From an uncultured Chloroflexia bacterium (GTDB lineage Bacteria; Chloroflexota; Chloroflexia; QHBQ01; JADMIH01): DNA of 64,000 nt. Under the pieces are notes generated by a model. That model saw only the letters and a program-made list of their open reading frames with translations, did not search any database and was not told the DNA's origin. Made by a program: the position numbers and the translations under genes. Location of the stretch: positions 458,505 through 522,504 of the forward strand of contig CAWINE010000002.1 in assembly GCA_963837315.1 (NCBI GenBank). Reading direction: 5' to 3'. Of this stretch, positions 47,677-57,925 are shown piece after piece (the first letter of the stretch is position 1; every line of letters begins with the position of its first letter).

Positions 47677-48506
47677 ATGTTCATCGGCGGCAAGCAGGCG
47701 CGGCCCGACTCCGGATATAGCATGACGGTGTACGGGGCTTCCGGCGAGGCTATTGGCGAAGTGGGCGAGGGCAACCGCAAGGATATCCGCAACGCGGTGG
47801 AGGCGGCCCACGCGGCGTCCGGTTGGGCTTCCACCACCGGGCACAACAAAGGGCAGATCCTCTATTACATCGGCGAGAATCTGTCGGTGCGCGCCGACGA
47901 GTTCGCCGCAAGCAACTGCGCCTGATGACCGGCTGCTCGGAAGAGGAGGCCGAGCGTGAGGTCGAGGCGCTCCATCGAGCGCCTCTTCACTTACGCCGCC
48001 TGGGCGGACAAGTACGACGGGTTGGTGCATCGCACGCCTCTGCGCAACGTCACTTTCGCGATGCCTGAGCCAATCGGCGTGATGGGCCTGGTCTGCCCCG
48101 AGGAAGCGCCCGCTGCTTGGCTTCGTGTCGCTGCGTCGCGCCCGCCATCGCCATGGGCAACACAGTCGTGGTCGTCCCCTCGCAGAAGCACCCGCTGAGC
48201 GCCACCGATTTCTACCAGGTGCTCGAAACATCAGACGTGCCTGCGGGCGTGGTAAACATCGTCACCGGCCCGGCGACACGCTCGCCAAAGTGCTGGCCGA
48301 GCACGACGACGTGGATTCGGTCTGGTACTTCGGCACAGCCGAAGGGAGCAAAACGGTCGAATATGCCTCGGCAGGCAACATGAAGCGCACCTGGGTCAAC
48401 TATGGCCACCGAGCGCGACTGGCTCGACAAGAAGCAAGGCGAAGGCCAGGAGTTCTTGCGCGAGGCCACCAAGGTCAAGAATATCTGGACGCCTTACGGC
48501 GAGTAA
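47677..48506 (+). pseudogene. Short aldehyde-dehydrogenase-like protein (lacks the catalytic half), about 6 frameshifts
   Basis: MFIGGKQARPDSGYSMTVYG...[57 protein letters not shown] and NMKRTWVNYG...EFLREATKVKNIWTPYGE. Shifts lie near 47905, 47965, 48113, 48140, 48270 and 48408. Confidence 0.7.
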
Positions 48507-48697
48507 GGCTAGACTGTGCACAGAACGGAACTTCTATGCCCACTCGATACGTCATTAACATAAGGAAGGCGTGTCACGCGCACACATCGGACTGCCCTTC
48601 GGGACAGATTATCCCTGGCCGATATTGCATCTGCGAGCCACGCAAATCCTTCGGTGATTGATACACAACCACATTCAATCAGGAGACAATAAGAGAA

Positions 48698-49525
48698 ATG
48701 AAGCGAAATATCCGCAATACAATTTTGGTAGCGTTCGGGTTTTTGCTGGGACTATGCTACGCCATTCGCCTGGGGCACCATTGCCTCGCAGGCTCAGGGC
48801 TTCCGGCAATTGCCAGACCTTCCCCCAAACCGGCTATACGGTCTGCGGCAAGTTCCTCACGTACTGGCAGCAGCACGGCGGCCTCGCCCAGCAAGGCTAT
48901 CCCTATCTCGGAAGAGTTTGTAGAAACAAGCGACCTGAACGGCAAGCCTTACACAGTGCAATATTTCGAGCGCGCCGTGTTCGAGATGCACCCTGAAAAC
49001 CAGCCGCCCAACGACGTGGAGCTATCGCAGCTTGGCACCTTCCTCGGCAAGGAAAACTATACCCAGGGCTTCCCCACGACAGCAGGCCAGATACCCTTCT
49101 ACGAGAATCAGACCGACCCGGTAAAGGCCCTCAAGTCGTACTATAACGCCATCAATCGCAAGGAATACGAGCGGGCTTACGGCTACTTCAATGGCGCGCC
49201 CAACCCCGCACCCAGTACCGCCCCGCCGTACAGCCAGTTCGTGCAGGGCTACGCCGACACTACTTTCGTCACCCTCGCGGTAGGCAAGGTTGTGTCAGAC
49301 GCAGGGGCAGGCCAGATCTATGCTACCTTCCCGGCAGTGGTCACAGCCACCCACACCGATAACAGCACGCACGTCTACTCAGGCTGCTACACAATGCACA
49401 GGGTCAACTCCGGCATCTCACAAGACCCCAACGACGTGCTCTGGCATATCAACACGGCCAAACTGAGCGAAGTACCCGCCAACAGCAACGTCGACCAGTT
49501 GCTCGCGCAGACATGTGCGCCGTGA
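48698..49525 (+). pseudogene. Secreted protein with one FPQTG/YFERAVFE module, 2 frameshifts
   Basis: Signal-like MKRNIRNTILVAFGFLLGLCYA. The segment NCQTFPQTGYTVCGKFLTYWQQHGGLAQQGYP lies in the frame of ORF 48658..48996. The protein then returns to ISEEFVETSDLNGKPYTVQYFERAVFEMHPEN. Confidence 0.6.
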
Positions 49526-49712
49526 TGGGCGACGAAGGACGAAGGACGAACATATTGTTCAACGCCAAGACGCCAAGACGCCAAGGATTCTACGGTTTGA
49601 ACCACAAAGGCACGAAGAGCACAAAGGTCTTTATTGTTCTGAATCACAGAGATCACAAAGGTTATCAATGGTCACTGGTCAACTGACAACTGACAAACAA
49701 CAACTACGACAG
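49526..49712. repeat. Composite modular spacer (GACGAAG x3, CGCCAAGA x3, core units, CTGACAA x2)
   Basis: It has the same architecture and cores (GGATTCTACGGTTTGAAC, GGTCTTTATTGTTCTGAAT) as 20118..20333 and 34785..34984. Confidence 0.85.
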
Positions 49713-49714
49713 AA

Positions 49715-51465
49715 TTGAGTATGAAGAAGCTGACGAGAGGCGGTGCTATCAGGTTAACGCTGCTGTTATGCTTCTTCATACTCGCCCTGAACAAGGATCA
49801 AACCACGGGGGCCGCGCCAACGCTTACGGCGAAGGTGTCGGCCCCTGTTCTGTATTGGCAGGCGGGCCCGGCATCCAGAAGTCGGCGAGCATGGCGGGGC
49901 ACCTGATGGTCTACACGAGCTGTGTTGCGGGCAACTGCGACGTGCTCGCGCTCGACCTGGCCACCGGCAAGGTGACTCCTATAGCCGCACAGCCATGGAA
50001 CGAGCAGCAGCCGGACACCGACGGCCAGCGGGTGGTCTGGCAGGATGGCCGCAGCACACCGGCACCAGCGCAGACAAAAGCACCGACAATCTCACTCAAC
50101 GACTTCGATATCTACGGGGCGAACCTGGACGATCTCAAGCCATACCAGCTTACAGGCGCAAAGACAAGAGCAGAACCACCCTGTCGTGTGGGGCAATATA
50201 GCGGCCTGGGCCGATTTCCGTGATGCCCAGACCCCACAGGACCAACAAGCCGGCAACATTTACCTCTACGATATCCCGGCAGGCAAAGAAACCGCGATTG
50301 CCACTGCCCGCAGCGCTCAGGTGCGCCCTGTCACCAACGGCAGCGTGGTCGTTTGGGTAGACTATCGCAACGAGCCTGACCCAAACGGCACAAACTCCGA
50401 CATTTACGCCTACGACATCGCAAGCGGGCAGGAGTTTGCTATCACCACGGCCCCCGGCACGCAGACCGACCCCGCAATCTCCGGCAACATCGTCGTGTGG
50501 GCCGATTACCGTAAGTCGGCGGACGAATTCCGACATTTACGGCTACGATTTGGCCACCAAAAAGAGAGTTCCTCATCACCGACGCGCCCGGCAGCCAGGT
50601 GAGGCCGGCAATCTGGGGCAACCTCGTCGTCTGGACCGACTTTCGCAACGAGCCGGACAAAGTCAACGGCACCAACTCCGATATCTACGCCTATGACCTG
50701 AACACAAAGCAGGAGTTCCCTGTATTCGTCGGGCCAGGACGCCAGGACAACCCCAAAACCGCGTCGGGCGTGATCGCCTGGGAGGATAGCACAAAGGGCA
50801 ACAGCGACGTGGACATCATGGGCGCGACGGTGAGCGGCATCACGCTGACCGCGCCGCCCTGCCCCCCACCGATATTGCCGGGGAGCGGCAGCCGCTTCTT
50901 CCCTGAGACCGGGCCAAACGGTCACAGGCATCTTCCTCGATTACTGGAACCAGAACGGCGGGCTGGCGCAGCAAGGCTTCCCGATCTCAGGCGTCATGAC
51001 CGAGACGAGCGACCTCAATGGCAAAACCTACCTGGTGCAATACTTCGAGCGCGCGGTCTTCGAATACCACCCCGAAAACCCACCGCAAACGCCAGGTGCT
51101 GCTGTCCCAGTTGGGCACTTTCCGCTTGAGAGAAAAATATCCCAATGGCCCTCCCCTTGTCCTACGCACGCCCCTCGACCCAAACTCGCTTTTCTTCTCC
51201 CGAGACCGGCTACACAGTGTCAGGCAACTTCCTAACATACTGGCAGCAGCACGGCGGTCTCGCCCAGCTGGGCTACCCTATCTCCGGCCTCTTCACAGAA
51301 GTCAGCGACCTGAACGGCAAGCCTTACACCGTCCAGTACTTCGAGCGAGCCGTCTTCGAATACCACGCCGAAAATGCGCCGCCCTACGACGTGCTGCTCT
51401 CCCAGCTTGGCACTTTCCGGTACAAGGCTAAATACGGGGGGCGAGTAGTTGTCAGTTGTCAGTAG
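49715..51465 (+). pseudogene. Secreted PD40/TolB-like beta-propeller repeat protein with two C-terminal FPETG/YFERAVFE modules, at least 7 frameshifts
   Basis: Signal MSMKKLTRGGAIRLTLLLCFFILAL. Repeats of the type NSDIYAYDIASGQEFAITTAPGTQTDPAISGNIVVWADYR are spread over all three frames. It is a paralog of 51719..53450. Confidence 0.65.
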
Positions 51466-51575
51466 ACCGGTGACCGGGGGCTAGGGACTAGGGGCTAGAC
51501 CTACAGTAACCTCGTGCACTCTATGCCGCCGTGCTCTTGTTCAGAACAATGAAACCTTGGCGGCTTGGCGTTGAA
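51446..51575. repeat. Heptamer-word and core spacer (TTGTCAG, GGTGACC, GGGCTAG, TTCAGAACAATGAAACC, CTTGGCG)
   Basis: Read directly. It shares the junction CTTGGCGTTGAAAAA with 20318 and 15016. Confidence 0.8.
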
Positions 51576-51718
51576 AAACCGTCGCCGTACCAGCGTTGCG
51601 ATCACAGAGGTTTTGCACATCTTTTAGCCTCAACCATCTCCGGCTGGTATATTATAGGCATCTGTAGAACAGACTATCCCTGGCCCTGCAGAAAAGGAGC
51701 ATCACGAATTGGTGTGGC

Positions 51719-53450
51719 TTGATAAACAAGGATGTCAGACAGCATATCAGGTGGCTGCTACTGCTAGCGGTAGCGGTAGGTATGTCGCTGCCTGCGCTGA
51801 CAATGGCCCGGCCACTGTTGCAGACTGGGCCTTCCATCTCGCCTCCTTCGGTGCTGGCGGGAGACGGCAAAACCAACAGTGCCAGCCCAAGCGCCTCCGG
51901 CAACGTCATGGTGTACAGCGATTGCTCCAGCGGAGCTTGCAATATCTCGATGGTCAACCTGACAACCAAACAGGCCGCGCCCGTCACCAAAGCCGCCTAT
52001 AATCAGTTCAACCCCGTTACAGACGGCACGACCGTGGTCTGGCAGGATGGGCGCAACTCTACCAACACCGACACCACCGACTATACGAACAATCTCGACC
52101 TTTACGCGGCTAACCTGAACGACAAACAGGAGTTCCGGGTTTCCAGTGGCCCCCAACTGGAGGGGCGGCCAAGCGTCGCGGGCAATATAATTACGTGGGC
52201 CGACTACAGAGACGCCAAAAGTAAGAACGATCCCAACGCGGGCGACATCTACATGTTCGACCTGTCGACGCGCCAGGAAACGCAGATTACCCACCTGCCA
52301 GGCTGCTCAGACGCGACCGGTAACAAATGGCAGCGTGATCGTGTGGGTCGATTTCCGCAACGAGCCCGACCCGAACGGCTTCAACGGCGACATCTACGCT
52401 TACGATATCGCCTCCAAACAGGAGTTTCCCATCACCACCGCGCCCGACCTCCAGACCGATCCGGCCATCTACGGCAATATTGTGGTCTGGCAGGATTATC
52501 GCAACGCGAAGGATGTAAACGACTATAACGCCGATATCTACGGCTACGATCTCTCCACAAAGCAGGAGTTTGCCATCACTACCGCCGCGGGCAGACAGGC
52601 AAAGCCCACTGTAGCGGGCAACCTCGTAGCATGGGTCGACTACCGCAACGAAACTGACCAGTCCGACAATACGGGCAGCGACATCTACGCCTACGACCTT
52701 GCGAGCAAACATGAGTTCCCGGTCTACCTGGGCGCGGGCACGCAAGACGCGCCCACGATAGGCGGCACCACGGTAATTTACGAGACCAACCCGGATGTGA
52801 AGGGCGGGGGCGTCTGGAGCATCAACGGTGTGACGGTGAGCGGCGTGCAGGGCGGAGCCATCCGGCCTATGGACCCTCCGGCGCAGCTTCCAGGCTCGGG
52901 GTCGCAGACCTTTCCACAAACAGGCAAAACAATGTCAGGCGTCTTCATGGACTACTGGAACCAGAATGGCGGGCTGGCGCAGCAAGGCTACCCTATCTCC
53001 GATGTCATGGGGGAAATCTCAGACCTCGATGGCAAGCCTTATACCGTCCAGTACTTCGAGCGCGCCGTCTTCGAGTACCACCCTCAGAACCAGCCTCCCT
53101 ACAACGTGCTTCTATCCCAGCTTGGCACTTTCCGCTACAAGCAGAAATATCCCAACGGCGCTCCGGGCCAGAAGCCCGACCAGACAAATGGGCAATTGTT
53201 CCCGCAGACCGGCCACTGGGTGGGCGGCAAGTTCCTCCAGTACTGGCAGTCGCATGGCGGGTTAGCCCAGCAAGGCTACCCTATCTCGGACGAGTTCACC
53301 GAGGTGTCGGATCTGAACGGGCAGCCCTATCTGGTGCAGTATTTCGAGAGGGCAGTGTTCGAGTACCACCCTGACAACCAGCCTCCAAACGACGTATTGC
53401 TGTCCCAGCTCGGCACTTTCCAGTACAAGGCAAAGTACGGAGGGCAATAA
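51719..53450 (+). pseudogene. Secreted PD40/TolB-like beta-propeller repeat protein with two C-terminal FPQTG/YFERAVFE modules, one frameshift
   Basis: ORFs 51719..52528 and 52335..53450 join near 52300. There are about 7 repeats (DIYAYDIASKQEFPITTAPDLQTDPAIYGNIVVWQDYRN). Two copies follow of FPQTG...W...GGLAQQGYPISD...YxVQYFERAVFEYHP. Confidence 0.7.
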
Positions 53451-53563
53451 CAGCGCTAGTCGCATGATGCCCACGCGTCGCTAGACGCCAATTGTGCGAA
53501 CATGGTAGACTTGCAAGTGAGCCGCAGTACGACGACACGGCTAGAACACGCCAGGAGGTTTTG

Positions 53564-54015
53564 TTGAAAGTTAGAATTGTAAGCGTAGTAATGCTTCTAG
53601 TACTAGCCACAACGCTTGTAGCTTGTGGAGGAGATTCCACTTCATTGGACCACATTCAGATTCAGCACATTCTTATAGGCTTCAAGGACGCCGTGGGCTT
53701 CAACGGATCACCGCCTCCCAAGGCCGCCAATCGCACGCAGGCCCAGGCGCAAACGCTGGCCTATGAACTGCTCAGCCAGGCCAAGGGGGGCGCCAATTTC
53801 GACCAACTGGTGGCGGCCAACACCGACGACCAGGCCCCGGGCATCTATGGGATGTCAAACACAGGCGTGACACCCGCCAAGGGGGAAACTGCACGCGACC
53901 GGGATGGTGCAGGCTTTCGGCGATGTGGGCTTCAGCCTCAAAGTGGGCGAGATAGGCATAGCCAATTACGATCCCACGACCAGCCCTTACGGCTATCACA
54001 TAATTAAAGACTTAA
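53564..54015 (+). pseudogene. Parvulin-type peptidyl-prolyl isomerase lipoprotein, frameshifted
   Basis: AGGAGG precedes a TTG start. The lipobox is LVACGG. IQIQHILIGFKD is followed, after a shift near 53895, by MVQAFGDVGFSLKVGEIGIANYDPTTSPYGYHIIK. The 3' end is uncertain because the frame otherwise reads through the terminator. Confidence 0.65.
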
Positions 54016-54024
54016 ATAAATTCT

Positions 54025-54074
54025 CAGGCAAGCAAAAAGGTCGCCACGAGCGTGGCGACCTTTTTGCTTGCCTG
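54025..54074. terminator. Bidirectional intrinsic terminator
   Basis: CAGGCAAGCAAAAAGGTCGCCAC gagc GTGGCGACCTTTTTGCTTGCCTG. Confidence 0.8.
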
Positions 54075-54088
54075 GATTTATCCGCCGG

Positions 54089-54922
54089 TCAACTTGAGGC
54101 GGCCTGGAACGCCTTGCCGTTGGTCAGGCGGTGCACGGTGAGCGCGAGCAGGCTGGCCGCACCCGCCCAGTACATCGCGAGTATCCACACATTGCCGCTG
54201 TCTGTGCCGCTGAACACGCCGTGCAGCAGGGCTGTCGCAAAGACCGGGTAGCTGAGGTAGTGAATTATGTGCCAGAGGCGGTTGCCCATTTGCTTACGAA
54301 TATAGAAGGTGAAAGTAACCAGGATACTAAGATACAATCCGATCTGCCCCAGCGCTATCCAGAACGGGCGGTACGGAGCGTCCACGAACGGCACAAAGAG
54401 CTGTACGAGGTTGTAGGGCACGTACTGGTTGCCGAGCAGAATAATCACATGGAAGAACGCGAACCCCAGGCCCAGCAGGCTGGTATACTGGTGCAGGTCA
54501 AACGCAGTGAATGCTCCCGGCCAGACGCGGGCCATCTTGTTGGTTATGATCAGTCCGCTCGCCATCGACAGCCAGAGCAGCGCGAACGATACGAAGCCAC
54601 TGGCCCTCGAAAGGTACCAGAACACTTTCGGCTCGGTGCTTGAAATAGAGGCGGCGAGGGTCGGCACCCAGGCAGGGATCGTGAGGAGCGCCACCACCGT
54701 GCCCACCAACGCCGCTGCCGTCAAAGCGCCAAGGGGCAAACTACCAAGAGAGGCGGGGCCGGGATCGGGCGTCGCACCGGCAACCGGTCTGGACCCAACA
54801 GGTTGTACCTGGTCAGGTATACTCTGTGCCTGCTCTACTTGCTCCTGAGCGGGCATTATGAAGGTTGGCCTGGTCTGCCGTTGATGTTCCTGATCTGCGG
54901 GCCAGACCGGTCTAGTTTCCAT
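54089..54922 (-). CDS. Ferric-reductase-like transmembrane domain protein
   Basis: WYLSRASGFVSFALLWLSMASG, HQYTSLLGLGFAFFHVIILL and WHIIHYLSYPVFATALLHG carry the heme-binding His pairs. The start is set at ATG 54922, which overlaps the apbE stop by 11 nt. Confidence 0.75.
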   Translation of the reverse strand: METRPVWPADQEHQRQTRPTFIMPAQEQVEQAQSIPDQVQPVGSRPVAGATPDPGPASLGSLPLGALTAAALVGTVVALLTIPAWVPTLAASISSTEPKVFWYLSRASGFVSFALLWLSMASGLIITNKMARVWPGAFTAFDLHQYTSLLGLGFAFFHVIILLGNQYVPYNLVQLFVPFVDAPYRPFWIALGQIGLYLSILVTFTFYIRKQMGNRLWHIIHYLSYPVFATALLHGVFSGTDSGNVWILAMYWAGAASLLALTVHRLTNGKAFQAASS

Positions 54923-55958
54923 TTTCGTTACTCCAAACATAGCTATTAAACTGCCGGCTCCGCAAAACATTGCCACTATCCAGCACGAGCAGACCTGCCA
55001 GCGATGGCCGGGCTTCCAGCCACGCAAGCCCATCACTACTACCCAGCAGCATGACGACCTTGGCCGCGATTTCTGCTTCGCAGGCGGTAGGTGCGAGCAC
55101 CGTAGCTGTCATGACGTCGGTTTCGGCAGGCTGCTCGGTGCGAGGGTCGATAATATGGTGACGCCACTTGCCTTCCTGCTGCCAGCGACGATAGTCGCGC
55201 CCGGACGTTGCCACGCCTCCGGACCGTACCGCTAATAGATCAAGAAGTCCATCGGGAGAAGCGGGGCCGGCGAAATCCGGGATAGCAGGAGCATCAACGC
55301 CCACCGGCCAATCGACCTGCCGGTCCTGCGTCCCGCGGACGGCTATGTCGCCTCCTGCGTCTACCAGCGCTGGGCCATATTTTGCCAGTTGCTTCGCAGC
55401 CTCGTCCGCCGCCCAGCCTTTTGCGATACCTCCGAAGTCGAGGCGGAGCCCCGAAGGCAGACCGACGGAGCGGCTTTCCGGGAAGGTCTTTATGTCTCGC
55501 CAGGTCACGAAGGCTCTCATATTGGGGCCGGTTCCGACATTACCTGCTTCTGCTCCGGGCGCGTTACTACCGGTCTCTTTTCTCCCCTTCACATCATCGA
55601 AGCTGGCGTCATAGCCCGCCCGTTCGAGGGCATTGAGCATAGTTGGAGTAACCAAACCTCCCGTGTCGTGCGCGGCCTTAAGAGCCAGTTGCAGCACCGT
55701 CCAGAGCGTTTCGCTGACCGGCACAGGCGAGGCAGCGCCACTTGCGCGGTTGAGTGCGCTAAGCTCGCTGTCGACTTTGAAGCGGCTCAAGGCTTGCTCC
55801 CACTCGGCAAACCAGCCCGGCACCTCGTCCAGAAGCCTGGAGATGTTTGGGTCGTCCGATTCCACGGCTGCGAGCATGTGCGAGCCCATGGCTCTGAACT
55901 CGATTTTCTGCACCCTGGCTTCGTCGGGTGCTGTCCTGTTATCCATCAAAGTTATCAT
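54912..55958 (-). CDS. apbE: FAD:protein FMN transferase (ApbE family)
   Basis: EFRAMGSHMLAAV, FKVDSELSALNRA, DFGGIAKGWAADEAA and GGVATSGRDYRRW. Confidence 0.9.
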   Translation of the reverse strand: MITLMDNRTAPDEARVQKIEFRAMGSHMLAAVESDDPNISRLLDEVPGWFAEWEQALSRFKVDSELSALNRASGAASPVPVSETLWTVLQLALKAAHDTGGLVTPTMLNALERAGYDASFDDVKGRKETGSNAPGAEAGNVGTGPNMRAFVTWRDIKTFPESRSVGLPSGLRLDFGGIAKGWAADEAAKQLAKYGPALVDAGGDIAVRGTQDRQVDWPVGVDAPAIPDFAGPASPDGLLDLLAVRSGGVATSGRDYRRWQQEGKWRHHIIDPRTEQPAETDVMTATVLAPTACEAEIAAKVVMLLGSSDGLAWLEARPSLAGLLVLDSGNVLRSRQFNSYVWSNENGN

Positions 55959-56284
55959 CGAGAAGAATGGGTGCGGGTGAAAGGAAAACCGGAAGAGCTT
56001 TGCGGAGCTTGCACTTGCGGCAACTGGGAGTTGGGCGAGGACGGCACGAACTGGTTGTTCGGCGTCAAGCCGTCGTTCGGCACCGTGTTGGCACCGCCAT
56101 CAGGCACGCTCAACGCGGGCGGTTGCTGCTGGCCTGCCTGGCTGCTTGCTCCGGCTGCGGCTTGTGGGTCGTTGGCGGGGAGCAAAGCCCACCCTGCGAT
56201 TGTGGCTGCAACGGACGCTGTGGCGATCAGGGCTTTTACGCCCGCCACGCCCGCCGAGCGTCTATTTGTACTTCGTTGCTTCAT
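55955..56284 (-). CDS. Small membrane-anchored or secreted hypothetical protein
   Basis: 109 aa with signal/anchor VKALIATASVAATIAGWALL and a Gln/Pro/Asn-rich remainder. It has a 4-nt ATGA overlap with apbE. Confidence 0.5.
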   Translation of the reverse strand: MKQRSTNRRSAGVAGVKALIATASVAATIAGWALLPANDPQAAAGASSQAGQQQPPALSVPDGGANTVPNDGLTPNNQFVPSSPNSQLPQVQAPQSSSGFPFTRTHSSR

Positions 56285-56384
56285 TCACTATCTCCATCTC
56301 TATCATGTCTATGGCTAAATATCTATGGCTAAATAAAGGAACATTGGGGACACCCGTGCCCCCGCAGGGATGACGCCTGCGCCC

Positions 56385-56843
56385 CTACCTTCTGCGGAAC
56401 CGCTGTCGCGGCGGGTTGCTCTGCGTGCCGTTGGCCTGGTTGTAGATCACCTGGCCGCTCTGGGCGTCCACGTACACGTATCCGAGATTGAGCTGTACCT
56501 CGTAGGCGACTGTGCCGTTGAAGTTTACTAGCCTTGGCTGCTGAGCAAGCGACGAGCCGGGCACGCTGCTCAAGGCGATATTTGCTGCATCGTCAGAGCT
56601 GATCGCATAGCCGGCCTATCCACCCGGGCTTCCGGCCCCCTGAGTACCGGGCGAGGTGGGTCCGCCTGGTGCGCTTTGCAGAGGCGACGATGAAAACGCC
56701 GTACCGGAGCCGTTCCCCTGCGACGCGAAAGCTGTACTATTTGTCGCTCCACCAAGAAATAGATAGACCCCCACAGCGGTGAGCGTCACCACGACGAAAG
56801 CCGCTACACCTGCGGATATTACAAACATGAGCCTCTGTGTCAT
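56385..56843 (-). pseudogene. PepSY-like domain membrane protein, 2 frameshifts
   Basis: TM anchor MTQRLMFVISAGVAAFVVVTLTAVGVYLF. After the frame changes comes ISSDDAANIALSSVPGSSLAQQPRLVNFNGTVAYEVQLNLGYVYVDAQSGQVIY. Confidence 0.5.
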
Positions 56844-57066
56844 TTGCTTATCCCTGGAACCCAAACAGTCCTCTCAATTCATACAACTACAATAATAACC
56901 GGTGGCACGCCGGTAGAGAGTGGTCTTTTAAATAGTGTAGCTGAGCCGGATTAAAGATGGCCCTCGAAAGTTAAGTTTCGATTAAGAGGGGAGAAGCCTT
57001 CTATGTTTAATGAAAAAGCAGCATCCGAGCGCATTGGCACCAGGACACTGCTTTTTCTCTGCGAGG

Positions 57067-57726
57067 TCACGCCAGCAGATCAGCCCTGAGCATCTCCTGC
57101 TCAAGTTGAGCCTCGGTCTGTTCGCCGGTCTCCTCCGGGCCGGCCGCCTCGGGCCTCTCAGGCACGCGCACTGCTTCCTGTCCTTTTTCGGCAGGCTCCT
57201 TTAGCTGCTGAGCCTCTCCCGCCATCTCAGGCTTCTGTTGGGGCCGTGCGCTCGACACAACGCCTGCGGCCACACCGGCAGCCGCAGCTACCAGTCCGGG
57301 TACGAGCACAATGCGGCGAGGCAGTCGTATGTGCAGGGCATTATCAAGGGAATACTTGCCCGGACCCAACATGCCGAGGGCCAGGGCAATAGCCATGTTG
57401 GTGATAGGGTATTCCGCCCCGCCTTTGGTAACCCAGATCGGTTTGCCCCAGTGCGCTTTGGCGGTAGCCATTCCCATAGCTCCCACGATTCCGAGCGTGC
57501 CGACAGGGCTAAGGAATCCGGTCGCCGTCAATACGCCGCCACCAAACTCCGAAGCGCCAGCCAATGCAGCCCACGGCTCACCCGGCTGCAGCCCCATCCC
57601 TTCCATCATCTTCGAGGTACCTTTAATGCCCCCGCCGCCGAAAGATCCAAATAGCTTCTGCGCACCGTGGCCTGCCATTAAGCCGCCCGAAACAATCCTC
57701 AATAGTAACAAGCCAAAATCCTTCAT
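57067..57726 (-). CDS. DoxX-family membrane protein with a C-terminal extension
   Basis: MKDFGLLLLRIVSGGLMAGHGAQKLFG and four TM helices, with a Glu/Ala/Pro-rich tail. Confidence 0.85.
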   Translation of the reverse strand: MKDFGLLLLRIVSGGLMAGHGAQKLFGSFGGGGIKGTSKMMEGMGLQPGEPWAALAGASEFGGGVLTATGFLSPVGTLGIVGAMGMATAKAHWGKPIWVTKGGAEYPITNMAIALALGMLGPGKYSLDNALHIRLPRRIVLVPGLVAAAAGVAAGVVSSARPQQKPEMAGEAQQLKEPAEKGQEAVRVPERPEAAGPEETGEQTEAQLEQEMLRADLLA

Positions 57727-57925
57727 GCTCTTCTCCTATCCCGGGGACTCCGTATTCGCCCGGCCGTTCGTCAACTCGATTTACCTACTGCAACTCATAT
57801 GCCAGCGGCAACGAGGAAAATGAGGTACCAGCCTAATTACCGTCTTTCGTCTTTCGTCCCGTTCTGCGTTATATTATCTCCATGCAGACCTCTTCTTTTT
57901 TTCTTCCGAAATACGAGATCTCGAT

